Shown: piece by piece, positions 51,901 to 62,586 of the stretch
How the letters are laid out: every line of letters begins with the position of its first letter
How positions within the stretch are numbered: position 1 is the first letter of the stretch
Origin: a virus
IMG/VR virus record: IMGVR_UViG_3300050821_002231
Span: 1-64,000 of that record
DNA: 64,000 nucleotides
Reading direction: 5' to 3' (one strand)
Translations under genes and position numbers: made by a program
The notes under the pieces: model-generated
What the model was told of the DNA's origin: nothing
What the model saw: the letters and a program-made list of their open reading frames with translations, nothing else
Databases searched by the model: none

Positions 51901-52299
51901 ATGAAAATAACGAAACGACTGAAAGACGAGAGAGGGCAGGCGATATTGGAGGCAGCGGTCATGCTACCAGTGTTGATTTTCGTGGCACTGGCAATGATCG
52001 ACATCCAAGTTGCCGAAAGCACAGCGGGAAGTTTGAGTTACGTAGTCACCGAAGTCGCGCGCTGCGAAGCGATTGCAGGACTGCCATGCAATTCTCCGAA
52101 CAACGCCGGACTGTACGCGAATCAGTTGGCATACAATTTGCGACTAAGAAACGGTTTTGCGGTCGCATCTTACGGATGCGATGAAGTCTCAGGTTCGTGC
52201 ACGATGGTTGCGTCGTATTCTTACAAGCCGCTCGGTGTGTGGTTTCCGCAGATGGTTATCACGCGGACGGGGACGGCTTCGATTAAGGCTGGAGGATAG
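51901..52299 (+). CDS. TadE/TadG-family pilin-like protein
   Basis: DERG|QAILEAAVMLPVL prepilin cleavage motif (G|xxxxE), TM helix, E.AR. Confidence 0.8.
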   Translation: MKITKRLKDERGQAILEAAVMLPVLIFVALAMIDIQVAESTAGSLSYVVTEVARCEAIAGLPCNSPNNAGLYANQLAYNLRLRNGFAVASYGCDEVSGSCTMVASYSYKPLGVWFPQMVITRTGTASIKAGG

Positions 52300-52631
52300 C
52301 ATGGTTCTCTTAGTGATTTATGTCGCTGGCCCATTTCTCTATCTGCTCTTTGCGATTCACGAGCGGATGAAGGCTGGGAAGTTATGAACCGTTTTGTCTC
52401 GATGCAAGTGAAGTGTGCGGGATGCGGAGCGCAGTTCGGGGAGGCGAATCACAGGTTCGTGCTCCATGATTCTACGAACGGATGGACAGTTACGGCCACG
52501 AGTCCTGATTATCAGCTTTATACCGTCCGCAGGTTTTCTCCGAATGAATCGTTGCATGACCACGACTATCCAGTGTGCGGTGAAAAGTGCTTGAGCACTC
52601 TCGAAGGCCAGATTATTGCAGGCAAGAAGCT

Positions 52632-53219
52632 ATGAACATCGCATCGGTAGGCCCGATTGAAAAACTCACCCGGCAAGATGCTGAGGCGCCGGAGTACACA
52701 CGGCATGTCTGGTACGACGTAGAAAACGGGCGACTGGTCGTAACGAACGGACACGCGCTCGTGATTGCGGCAGTGGAACCTGAAGACGAAGACGTTACTG
52801 GAGTTCTCAGCGTTGAGGCGATTCAGTACGCCAGATGGCTTGTACGCAGACATTACTCGTCCTACTTCAAGTGTGTAGCGAAAGAGTATGAATTTGACGA
52901 TGGCACGCGAATGCCGCGACCCCAAGGCGAGTTTCCGGATTATGCGGCAATCGTGCCTGAGATTGCAGGACCGCCGACCCTGACCTTTAATCCTGAACTG
53001 CTGGCACAGATTGTCGCCGCGTTTCCGAAGCAGGAGATTGGAAAGAAAGGGACGAATCCAGGCTCGATCAGTCTGTGGGTTACGCCGTCAGAAGATCCAA
53101 TGAAGCCAAGCCCGATTGTTTGCAAGGCGCATTATGACGGTGGCCTTGCAGTATTGATGCCGGTCAGTGGCATGGACTCGGCGAGATGGAATACCGAACT
53201 CCCGAGAGGGCGAAAATAG
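52632..53219 (+). CDS. DNA polymerase III beta-clamp-like protein (partial fold)
   Basis: LVVTNGH.L, GEFPDY..IVP, FNPELL, LMPV. Confidence 0.7.
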   Translation: MNIASVGPIEKLTRQDAEAPEYTRHVWYDVENGRLVVTNGHALVIAAVEPEDEDVTGVLSVEAIQYARWLVRRHYSSYFKCVAKEYEFDDGTRMPRPQGEFPDYAAIVPEIAGPPTLTFNPELLAQIVAAFPKQEIGKKGTNPGSISLWVTPSEDPMKPSPIVCKAHYDGGLAVLMPVSGMDSARWNTELPRGRK

Positions 53220-53462
53220 TTTGGGCCGACTTGCACACATTGACGCGATTATAAAGCGAACGGAAGACCGCAAGCTCCTGAAGCTTTTGAATCGCATATG
53301 GTGGAGCGAGTACTTCAAGAATCACCGAAAGGATGAAAGCAATGCAAGAACCTCCTCCACTACCACAGCAGTTGGACGATGACGAAATTGAGATGCTGTA
53401 TCTGCGCGGCGAGTTAGTCCGCGGCGAGAAATCGGGAACCAGAGTCATTCGCAACCTATTCT

Positions 53463-53897
53463 GGTCGGCACATCCCGCTGGTCGTTGAAAACGTTAGAGG
53501 CGCACAAAAATATATCGGTCCAGCTAAGGCAAATTTTGGTTCATATTTTTTATTTGGCGATGTCGGGATGGTAGGCAAGCGCGTAGTGGCGGGAGTGCCG
53601 AGGTTTGGAGTGAGCGTGCAGCCGATGCGATATGGCGGAGCGAAGGCACCACCGGGGAATGCGTGGCGCGAGAACGGATGCAACGCGGAAAATCGCATAG
53701 TGCCGTCGAAAGTGAACGGCGTGAAGCAGGAAGGCATCTCAGGCCCGCGCAACAACGGCAAAGGCGATAAATGGTTTCAGGACGGTGCGGCGCGTCACGG
53801 CTCCAAGTCCAACTCTCGCAAGGCTGCTTCTGCGGAGATCGCGAGAATTCCGTTTGCGCTGGCGAACTACATCGCCAGAGCTTTCAAGTCAGAGTAA
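53463..53897 (+). pseudogene. 5'-truncated cytosine DNA methyltransferase-like gene
   Basis: IPLVVENVRGAQ...FGS..L.GDV...SA.IA.IP..LA.YIA; in-frame TAG at 53415; no SAM-binding or PC motifs. Confidence 0.65.
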
Positions 53898-54129
53898 TCC
53901 GCTAATCCTTCTACCGGGTGGAAGGATTCGGTTGTCCAGAAATGCACACCCACAACTTATTTCTTGACATCCACAGATTCATGTAAGAGACTCACTTCCA
54001 GAGCATTAAGTCACATGCTCTTGTCCGGTTTGTAATCGGCGCGCCCTACTAAAGGGGCTTACCCTGGCGATAAGTGGGTGCTTCACAAGTAGTCACTCCT
54101 GCTGTCTAAAATACAATCGCTCTCATCAT

Positions 54130-54157
54130 CCCGCCCAAGATTGGCGGGTTTTGTTTT
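54130..54157 (+). terminator. Rho-independent terminator
   Basis: cccgcc-caagatt-ggcggg-ttttgtttt. Confidence 0.7.
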
Positions 54158-54565
54158 GTGGAAGGTACGACGCACGTCCGCTCACATGCGAAAAGAAAAC
54201 ATCCGCCTCTTGGCTGAAAACGGCAAGTTCATCGGCTGGACCGATGACGACGATGCCCGCTCCAAGAAACAGTCGGGCTACTGGCAAGAGTTCTACCATC
54301 CCCGTACCGGCAATTTCTACGCCCTCCAGAAGATCAAATTCCTCCCAAAACCAAGTGATCATTCCAGCCCATGTGGGATAACTGCATCCGAATCGCTTGG
54401 CAATGTCGGGATATGGGATGGCCTTTCTCCAGAGGAAGGCGGAACGATTCCGACCGGGAAACTCCGCGCGGATAAGATGAAGCTACGAATGTGGCCTTTA
54501 GAGGGTGACGACAAAGCAGTGCGTGTTTCATGTTTAGCGCGAACCTAGAAAACAGAAAGGAAATT

Positions 54566-55132
54566 ATGCAAGCGAATCGTAGAGACGTCGTGAAATACGT
54601 GGCGACGATACTCGGAGGACTCGCAGTTTCCGGCAGCACGCTTTTCTTGACCGCATGTGGCAATGTGGCCGCAGACATCATCACAGCATTTCAATCCGTG
54701 CTGACCATTCTCCAAGGTGCCGGCGTCGTGCCGGGTGGAGAGATCGTCGCAGCTGTATCAACTGCACTGTCGGCGGTACTCACCGAAGTGACGGCGTACG
54801 CACAGGCACCAGCAGCGGATAAGGCCACGGTCGGCTTGAAACTCGCAACGCTGATTCAGGAGGCGCAAGCGCAACTCCAGACATTTTGGAATGGCCTGAA
54901 TCTCACTGGCGTTGTCGCAGTTGTGGTCAAAGGCGTGGTGTCCGTGATTCTGAGCACGCTTGCCGGATTCCTGCCAACGTTGCCCGTCCCGGCCACTGAG
55001 AGCGAGATAGTGAAGAAGGCGACGCGGTTGCCGAACATGGTGACCTACGTTCCGCAGAAGTTGACCGCGAAGCAGTTCCGTGCGGCAGTCAACAAGTTGA
55101 TGGTGGACAATAAATATCCGAAAGTGTTTTAG
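54566..55132 (+). CDS. Tat-signal lipoprotein / membrane protein
   Basis: NRRDVVK ... LTAC lipobox. Confidence 0.6.
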   Translation: MQANRRDVVKYVATILGGLAVSGSTLFLTACGNVAADIITAFQSVLTILQGAGVVPGGEIVAAVSTALSAVLTEVTAYAQAPAADKATVGLKLATLIQEAQAQLQTFWNGLNLTGVVAVVVKGVVSVILSTLAGFLPTLPVPATESEIVKKATRLPNMVTYVPQKLTAKQFRAAVNKLMVDNKYPKVF

Positions 55133-55495
55133 AACGGCACGCCGAATAAAAATCCTATACTGTGGAGGCGCGGATACTGCCAGAGCGGGTTGGGCCTGCG
55201 TCGCTATGGTTGTGGCGCGGGCCTTTCCTTAAAGTAAACGAATGAAGAAATGCACGGCACTGCTGATTCTCGCACTTAGTATCACGGCTTCAGCGGTGAA
55301 CCAAAAGTCGTTGCTGCTAGGCATTGGAATCGGCTTGGGCATGTCGGCCTATCAGGGAACGCGAAGCAAGGTATTATTGCCAACCGCGCATTTTATTCAG
55401 CGCACGGTGCGACCGATACCGCAGGACAAGATCGAAAAAGCAAAGAGAAAGGCGGCGAAGGCGGCGCGGAAGAGGGTTGGTACGCCAGTAGCCGA

Positions 55496-55729
55496 GTGAA
55501 AGCGGAACACATGGAAGGTACGCGCGTCACAGGAATAGTAGCGTGGTTCTCGTCGGTGAAAGGTTTTGGCTTCATCAAACCAGAAACCGGCAGAGATGTA
55601 TTTGTCCATTTCTCGGCGATTCAGATGGACGGCTACAAGGAACTCAAAGAGAATGATCCAGTCGAGTTCGAGATAACAGACGGTCCCAAGGGTAAGCAAG
55701 CTGCGAACGTGAGACGGCTGGAAGATTGA
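55496..55729 (+). CDS. csp: Cold-shock domain protein (CspA family)
   Basis: G.V.WF...[20 protein letters not shown]...VEFE...GPKG.QAANV. Confidence 0.95.
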   Translation: MKAEHMEGTRVTGIVAWFSSVKGFGFIKPETGRDVFVHFSAIQMDGYKELKENDPVEFEITDGPKGKQAANVRRLED

Positions 55730-57658
55730 TTTGGAAAGGCACGGCATGACAAAGCTTGCGTTGATCTTGGTGATAGCCTGCGGCATTGTCTTAGGGCAGT
55801 TGGGTTTGGAAGTGCTGGGACTGCTGTTCAAGTTGGCCGGCAGGGCCTACGGATGGATTGTCGCGATAGCGGCAAAGAAGATGCTGGCAGCTCGGCAAGC
55901 GCAGTACGAAGCGCAGCAAGTCGCGCTAACTCGACAACGTCCACCCTTGGTGACAGAAACTGGAGGCAGAATCAGTGAAAATCACGACACAACATCTTGA
56001 AGCAGTAAAGGGCTTCCTGGCGAAACAGAGCGAACAACTTGCAGCGCAGACAAAGGCTGCGAAGGCCGCAGAGGAAACCAGAGCGAAGCTTGACGGCGAA
56101 GTTCGATTGCTGCAAGGGGCGTATGATGTATGTGCGGCCGCGTTTGCGAGCGATGCGGAACTGAGCCCAGCGCAGATCGCGGATCAACCGCAAGCGGTAC
56201 AGCAGGCGTTAGGAGTGGCAAAGCCTGGGCCGGCGGTCGTGGCAAAGGAATCAGTCTAGAAGGATCCAGCGGATAGCGGTACCGCTAGAAATTTCTGCCG
56301 AAGCTAGCGGTCTCGGCGGGACAGCAAATATGAAAGTACGAGCTAAGTTTTTCGTGAATGCAATCGAGATGTATTCGGCCCCGGCTGATAGTGGCAGCGT
56401 GAAACTGCTAGCCACAAATCAGAAGGACGGCGATAACACGGATTGGTCGAAGTGGACGCCCAGCGGGTCTGTCCAGATGATGATTACCAATCCAACCGCG
56501 TTTGAGTTCTTCAAGGACGCGATGAAGGGCAATAAGCCGATCTACCTTGACTTCCAGTTGGTCGAGGCATCGGAGTAATCCTTCCACCCGGTAGAAGGAT
56601 TCGATTCGCGCTACAGTGGCACCGTAGCGGAAGAGGGGCTTGTAGGATCGAACAAGCGGAACACTTTTTCGAGACGGTAGCCCCTCATAAAATCAGAAGA
56701 ATAAAGACATGACTGACGGATTCTCGGCTGAGCAAATCGAAAAAGACATTGAGTACTACTGGGCAAATTATCAGATCCAGCCGCGCTGGGCCGCTATTGG
56801 TATCCAAGGCAGAGACGCCCTGATTGCAAAGCACGGATTTAAGGAGGAAGATTTCCAGCGATTCGGCAACTTGTATTTTCTGGGGACACCGGATGCGAAC
56901 GCCATCATGGACGCAGAGAGTGAGCAAGGAGAGCTGCTATGAGTGCAGACAACACAGCCAACGGACCATGCTCGATGCCAGCCAAGAAACCACAAGACTC
57001 TGGAGTTAGGGTACTGCCAAAGCAGCCAACTACGGGTGCTGCGACGCCAGCGCAACCGAACGTGAGTTCGGCTCAGCCGATGGGAATGCCGAAGGCGGAT
57101 GTAGGCTAGGCATGGAGCCTGTAAGTCCGGTACTGCCGATGTCGAGTGAACTAGATCAAGTCTACAAAGCCCAAGACGGCTCGGACCTCTACACCCCACT
57201 GCCAGCTTTTCGCACGGATAAGGCAGTCATAAGCCGCTGGCGATTGACGGATGAGGAGCGGCAGCATATTGCGAACGGCGGCGATTTGTTTGTGTGCATT
57301 TTGAATTACGGCCAGCCAATTTGGCCGATCATGCCCATAGCGGCATCGCCTGAGCAGGCGATAGAGACATTGTTGCAGGTTGAGGAACACGTATGAGAAA
57401 GCCGTTGTTCAGGCCAATCTTCATCTCGTGGCTGGCGATTCCGGTAACGCCGAAGACTCGTTCTCAGAAGTTCCGCGCATGGCTGGAGAAGTGGCTTCCG
57501 GTAAGATTCGGACCCAGAACATGGGACTACCCATGCGGCGGAATCATCGGGCCGAGCGAATATGTTGCTGGAGGCTGGACGGGATGTCAGGTGTACATGT
57601 CGGAAGATAACCGCATCACTTTTCGGCAACTTGAAAGCGAAGAAACGGCGTAAGTCCA

Positions 57659-58165
57659 ATGGCTACAGTACGAAAGACGGAAGTCACTGGTATCAGTGGC
57701 GAAAACAGTGAAGAAAAGCCAGCGAAAAAGAAACGCGGTGAGAATCTTGTTCCCTACCATTTCAAGCCAGGCGAGAGCGGCAATCCTTCAGGGCGTCCGA
57801 AGGGGACAACGGCGAAGGAAATGTTGCGGCGCCAGATCAACCGAGTTGTGGTCGATTTGCAGGGGAAGCCAAGTAAGGATGGCATCGTTCGCGGTGACTT
57901 GCTATCAAACACGGTAGTGACCCGAGCGATTGCCGGGGACATGCGGGCAGCGGCCATTGTCTACCAGTACGATCAAGACCGTCCCATATCGTTTGAGCAG
58001 CGAGAGGTTCCGCCAGTAGCGGGAACCGAAGTGAACGTGACAGTGAATGCCCAAGCAATTGCGACCGCGCAAGTTGAAAGCAGAAAAGACCCAAGAGAAC
58101 TCGTCCGGCTCCTTGATGAGTATTACGGACTCGCCCGTAGAGACGACGTCAGACTCAGTGGTTGA
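57659..58165 (+). CDS. Terminase small subunit-like (DUF5681)
   Basis: NL..FKPGESGNPSGRPKG immediately upstream of terL. Confidence 0.8.
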   Translation: MATVRKTEVTGISGENSEEKPAKKKRGENLVPYHFKPGESGNPSGRPKGTTAKEMLRRQINRVVVDLQGKPSKDGIVRGDLLSNTVVTRAIAGDMRAAAIVYQYDQDRPISFEQREVPPVAGTEVNVTVNAQAIATAQVESRKDPRELVRLLDEYYGLARRDDVRLSG

Positions 58166-59696
58166 GGTACTACCGCCAGAAGTTCCTAAGAATCCGCTAC
58201 GGCTCTATAAGTATCAAGCGGACTGGATTAACGATCAGTCGCAGCTAACCATTGCGACGAAGGCGCGGCGGATTGGGTTCTCGTTTGCGGCCGGATTTAA
58301 GGGCATACGCAAATGCCTGCTAAAGAAGCAAGACTTCATCGTTCTCAGCGCGGGTGAACGCCAGTCGATCGAATTCATCAGTAAGTGCGTCGCTCCACAC
58401 CTACGAGCGATTGGAGCAATCGCCGAATATCACGATACATTTTTCCCCGGTTCCTCGATTTTAGAGAAGCGCGTCATTCTGGGGAACGGTTCACGCGTCA
58501 TCGCGCTGCCTGCGAATCCAGAGACAGCACGAAGTTACGGCGGGGATGTACTGCTGGACGAGTTTGCGTTTCATCTTGATGCACGGAAGATTTACGAAGC
58601 AATCGCGCCGTCAATTACCCTTGGATACGAACTGGCGATTATTTCGACGCCGAACGGTCAGCAGGGGCCGTATTACGAATTAGCCAAGGAAGCGGGTCTG
58701 ACCGGCGAAGAGCCGAAGAGTAAACGATTCTCGCCGCACAGTTGCAACATCTTTCAGGCGATTGAACAAGGTTTCTCGGATCGCTTCGGCAGGCTGCTGG
58801 TCGCAGAGGAAGTCCGAGCGACATGTCTCGACGAAGAGATGTGGTTGCAAGAATTCTGCTGTCAGTTCCTTTCGATTCTTTCGCAGTGGATTCCGTACGA
58901 GTTATACAAAGCGAATGAATCGGCCTCGGCATCGAGCGGGGAGCCCGATCCAGAATATTCGAACATGTACGCGGGTTGGGATATCGCCCGCAATAAAGAT
59001 TTGTCCGTTGTCTGGTTCATGAATCAGGTTGGCGACGTGAGCGTGACTCGCGGACTCTGGGAGATGCGGAACATTCCCACGCCAGAGCAAGTACGGCGGA
59101 TCGTTGCGATGATGCCGCGGATTCGTCGGCTCTGTATCGATAAGTCGGGGATGGGCCTCCCCATCTTCGAGCAGCTAGAAGAGAAGTTCGGAGCGAGTCG
59201 AGTGGAGGGAGTGCAGTTTACGCTCCAGGCAAAAGAGGCGCTGGCAACGCACGGCAAGCGCCGGATGGAAGAAACGAAAGTCCGTATTCCTGAAGGGCAA
59301 GACACGATCCGGTATTCATTCGCTTCCATTAAGAAAACTACGACAGCGACCGGGCAGGCACGCTTCGATGCCGAGCACGATGAGAAGTACGGTCATGGCG
59401 ATCATTTTTGGTCGTTCTGTCTTGCAGAGAGCGCGGGCCACAATCCAGGCGACAGCTTCATGCGCTGGTTGCAAACGAAGTCAGACGACGCAAAGCGGCT
59501 GGCACCTCCGCCGAACCCGCAAGACTTGGGCGGCGGAATAATTCTTGGCTCTGCGATGGTAGCAGTGCCAGCGGTAGTGCCGGGAACGGTTACGGTTAAT
59601 GAGGCTGAGACGGTACCGAGCGAAGCGCCACGGGAGCAAGTGAAACCCTTTACCGATCCTTATGGCCTCTTGAAAAGAGCGGCGCGGAGCAAGTGA
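58116..59696 (+). CDS. terL: Terminase large subunit (Mu gp28-like)
   Basis: YQ..W, KARRIGFS (Walker A), LLDEFAFH (Walker B), ISTPNG, QEF.C.F, GWDIAR..D, ID.SG.G, HGD.FW. Confidence 0.93.
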   Translation: MSITDSPVETTSDSVVEVLPPEVPKNPLRLYKYQADWINDQSQLTIATKARRIGFSFAAGFKGIRKCLLKKQDFIVLSAGERQSIEFISKCVAPHLRAIGAIAEYHDTFFPGSSILEKRVILGNGSRVIALPANPETARSYGGDVLLDEFAFHLDARKIYEAIAPSITLGYELAIISTPNGQQGPYYELAKEAGLTGEEPKSKRFSPHSCNIFQAIEQGFSDRFGRLLVAEEVRATCLDEEMWLQEFCCQFLSILSQWIPYELYKANESASASSGEPDPEYSNMYAGWDIARNKDLSVVWFMNQVGDVSVTRGLWEMRNIPTPEQVRRIVAMMPRIRRLCIDKSGMGLPIFEQLEEKFGASRVEGVQFTLQAKEALATHGKRRMEETKVRIPEGQDTIRYSFASIKKTTTATGQARFDAEHDEKYGHGDHFWSFCLAESAGHNPGDSFMRWLQTKSDDAKRLAPPPNPQDLGGGIILGSAMVAVPAVVPGTVTVNEAETVPSEAPREQVKPFTDPYGLLKRAARSK

Positions 59697-60219
59697 ATCA
59701 ATGGACCATTATCTTGCTAAGGCATTGATGAATGCCGACCAATCTACGGTGGCACTGTTCATTCAAACGGAGCGGTGGGTGCGGATGTCTTGGAGATATT
59801 ATCCGAACGCTGTAGTTAAAGAAGAGGCCATGAACCACATTTGGCTTGGAGCGAAATAATGTTGGGCACAAGTGATCAGCCACAACAGCATACAGCGAGC
59901 GAGATCAAGGCAGTTGAAGAGGCGAAGGCGCGAACGATGAGAATCTTGGGAGAAGAACCAGCAGTTCAAATCGAAACTAGAACATTGAGTGCTCACGATT
60001 TCAGTTCACGCGTAACTACGGGCGATTCGGCGCTTATGTTTGGTACGAATCGGGCACAGACCGTTAAGACATTACGAGCTTTGGCAGACAGAATCGAGAA
60101 GGAAGAGGTCCATGTGTTTGGCGCACGAGTATCGTCCTTAGCCCCACGTGACGAATTTGTGACGTCCGTTCTTCGTTTAGTGCTCGCCGAGAAAGTAATG
60201 ATCGGCAAGGAGAAAACAA

Positions 60220-62223
60220 ATGTGTAAGTGCAAGTGGTCAGCTTTTATAGTTCTGCTGGCATCCATCGCAACGGCGCAGCAAGTACCGCCAACGATGTTT
60301 GGGATGAACGTGCATCCCAAAGTAATCGCGCCGCATAACGGGATACCTTGGCCCACAATTCCTATCGGAGCATTCCGCTTCTGGGGAACTGAGACAACGT
60401 GGAGTGCCATGAATCCCTCGAACGGTGCCTACAATTTCGACACGATGGATGCTTGGTTCGCAGCCGCCGCAAAGAACGGTGTGACTGATTTCCTTTATAC
60501 ATTTGGTGAGACGCCGGCATGGGCTGCTGGACCGCCGATGACTCAATCATGCGACCACTACCCAGGATCGTGCGACGCGCCCAAGGATCTTAACGCCGAT
60601 GGCACGGGACCGGATCAAATCTGGAAGGACTTCGTTACGGTGGTTGTGAAGCACGCAAACGGTCGCATTAAGTATTGGGAAGTGTGGAACGAGCCCGACA
60701 TTGGGATTGAGTGGACGCCGACGAACCCGCAGATGCCTTACGCGCAACTGATTCGCATGGCGAAAGACGCTTACGCAATCATTAAGGCGAATTGCCCGAC
60801 GTGCCAAGTAACAACACCGTGCCCGGTCGATTCCGGGAAAGGGCAGACAATTGGCAATTGGCTACCTGGCTACGTGAAAGCTGGAGGTTTGGCATACGCG
60901 GATATCATCGCGTTCCACGGCTATATTGATTCGGCTCTGGGGCAGAAGCCAGAAGCGGAAGCGGGGAAGGTTGCGACGATTAAAGCGGCGATAGGGAACA
61001 GCACAAAGCCGATCTGGGACACGGAAGGCAATTGGGGCAACGATAGCGGATTGCCGAACGCGCAACTCCAGGCCGCATATCTCGCACGCATGTATCTTGT
61101 GCAACGATCGGTTGGTGTGCAGCGCTTTTACTGGTGGCAATACGGGAACTCGGAGATGGGAACGCTCGTCACGAACGGGACGCTGACCTCATCTGGCACA
61201 GCCTACGCGGAACTCAACAAGTGGATCGTAGGCAGCACAATGACCAAGCCGTGCATGAATTCAGGAACGGTTTGGAGTTGCGGCTTCCGTATGGCGAACG
61301 GCACGCAGTCGATGATTGTCTGGGACGCTGGACAAACATGTGCCGTGACAAACTGTGGGCAAACGCAGTGGAGTTACCCGGCAGGCTACACGGCTTCGGC
61401 AACGCTGGCGGGCGTGAATGCAAAGTTGAGCGGAGGCAAGGTTGGAATTGGCGCTCAGCCGATACTGTTAATGGGCAGCACGCCTCTCGGTAATTTGCCA
61501 CAAAATGCGCTAGTGGCAAGAAGTACCGGCGCGCAAAGAAAGGTACTATTCATTGACGGCAAGAGAAAAACGTCGAGCGCGAAAGCGACGCTGACTGCTG
61601 GCGCTACTTCGAGTACGCCAGAAGTAGTGAACCTGTTGTGGAATGCATCATCGTCTCCGAACGTTCTGGCCTACAACGTCTATCGCAACACGGCAGCGAC
61701 AGGCGGGTTTACGGAGATTGGCAGCATTCCAAGTTCGAGTTGCTGCAACTATAAAGATTCTACGACGATATTCTCTACGAGTTACTGGTACGCGGTGACT
61801 GCCTCAGACGTTGCGGTTGGGACTCCCTGTCCGACAGGCCAGACATGTGAGAGTGCCGAGGATGGACCGATCGGGCCGGAAGTAATTCCTGGACCGCCTC
61901 CACCACCCCCACCGCCGCAACCGAACCCGCCGACGGGACTTACTGGCACGGTAACGACCTCGAAGAATGTGATTCTGAAATGGAATCAGCCGGTGCCGCA
62001 GGTTGGAGTCCAAGACATATCGACTAGCGTGTACATGTGCTATCAGAGCGGGTGTCCTAAGCCGCCAATCATCGCGACGGTGCTGGCACCTGCCGCAACC
62101 TACACGGCGAAATGCACATACCCAGGCGGACGTTGCTGGTATGTGCTGAAGGAAAACGCGATGGTGAATGGCAAGAGCGTGCAGAGCGTGCAAAGCAATA
62201 TCGTCGCCGCAAAGGTGTCGTGA
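60220..62223 (+). CDS. Secreted clan GH-A glycoside hydrolase (GH39/GH5-like) with two Fn3-like domains
   Basis: Signal peptide; YWEVWNEP (acid/base), AFHGY, IWDTEG (nucleophile); L.W.AS..YNVYR..Y.D..Y.Y.VTA; poly-Pro linker. Confidence 0.85.
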   Translation: MCKCKWSAFIVLLASIATAQQVPPTMFGMNVHPKVIAPHNGIPWPTIPIGAFRFWGTETTWSAMNPSNGAYNFDTMDAWFAAAAKNGVTDFLYTFGETPAWAAGPPMTQSCDHYPGSCDAPKDLNADGTGPDQIWKDFVTVVVKHANGRIKYWEVWNEPDIGIEWTPTNPQMPYAQLIRMAKDAYAIIKANCPTCQVTTPCPVDSGKGQTIGNWLPGYVKAGGLAYADIIAFHGYIDSALGQKPEAEAGKVATIKAAIGNSTKPIWDTEGNWGNDSGLPNAQLQAAYLARMYLVQRSVGVQRFYWWQYGNSEMGTLVTNGTLTSSGTAYAELNKWIVGSTMTKPCMNSGTVWSCGFRMANGTQSMIVWDAGQTCAVTNCGQTQWSYPAGYTASATLAGVNAKLSGGKVGIGAQPILLMGSTPLGNLPQNALVARSTGAQRKVLFIDGKRKTSSAKATLTAGATSSTPEVVNLLWNASSSPNVLAYNVYRNTAATGGFTEIGSIPSSSCCNYKDSTTIFSTSYWYAVTASDVAVGTPCPTGQTCESAEDGPIGPEVIPGPPPPPPPPQPNPPTGLTGTVTTSKNVILKWNQPVPQVGVQDISTSVYMCYQSGCPKPPIIATVLAPAATYTAKCTYPGGRCWYVLKENAMVNGKSVQSVQSNIVAAKVS

Positions 62224-62586
62224 GGCGGTTCAAAAAGAGAACCGTATGGCAAAAGGTTCGAGACGCCGCACGCAAAAAACGCCCGTTACGGTTGGCTGCA
62301 AGCGAGACGAAATCGCTATCTTCGGCGATTGATCCTCTCGCGAAGCTCGACGACATTGATACCGCGAGATGGCGTGAAGAAAACAGGCGATGCTGGTATC
62401 AGAATAGGCGGAAAGTAAAGCCGCCTACAGGGCCAGTTTGGCCGCAGTTGAGCGTGAAGGTAGCTGAAGTCTGCGAACTGTTATGCAAAGGGATGCATCG
62501 CGACAAGATCGTAAAGGTATTAAAGCTGCCCCGGACTACGGTGAGCAGTAGGTTAGCGGAAGCGTATAGGATCGCTGGGATATCGA

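Larger units (their letters stand above)
4031..56601. repeat. Dispersed 25-bp palindrome, consensus AATCCTTCCACC-S-GGTGGAAGGATT, 8 copies
   Basis: Copies at 4031, 9891, 35576, 43669, 47642, 50979, 53904, 56577, all at or near gene boundaries. Confidence 0.85.

Noticed and set aside
54728-54745. Ninth copy of the 25-bp palindrome
   Set aside because: Only the right half (ccgggtggagagat) matches, and it lies within a CDS
56605-56686. Possible tRNA in a hairpin-rich intergenic region
   Set aside because: No T-loop GTTCRA or cloverleaf spacing; may still be a structured leader
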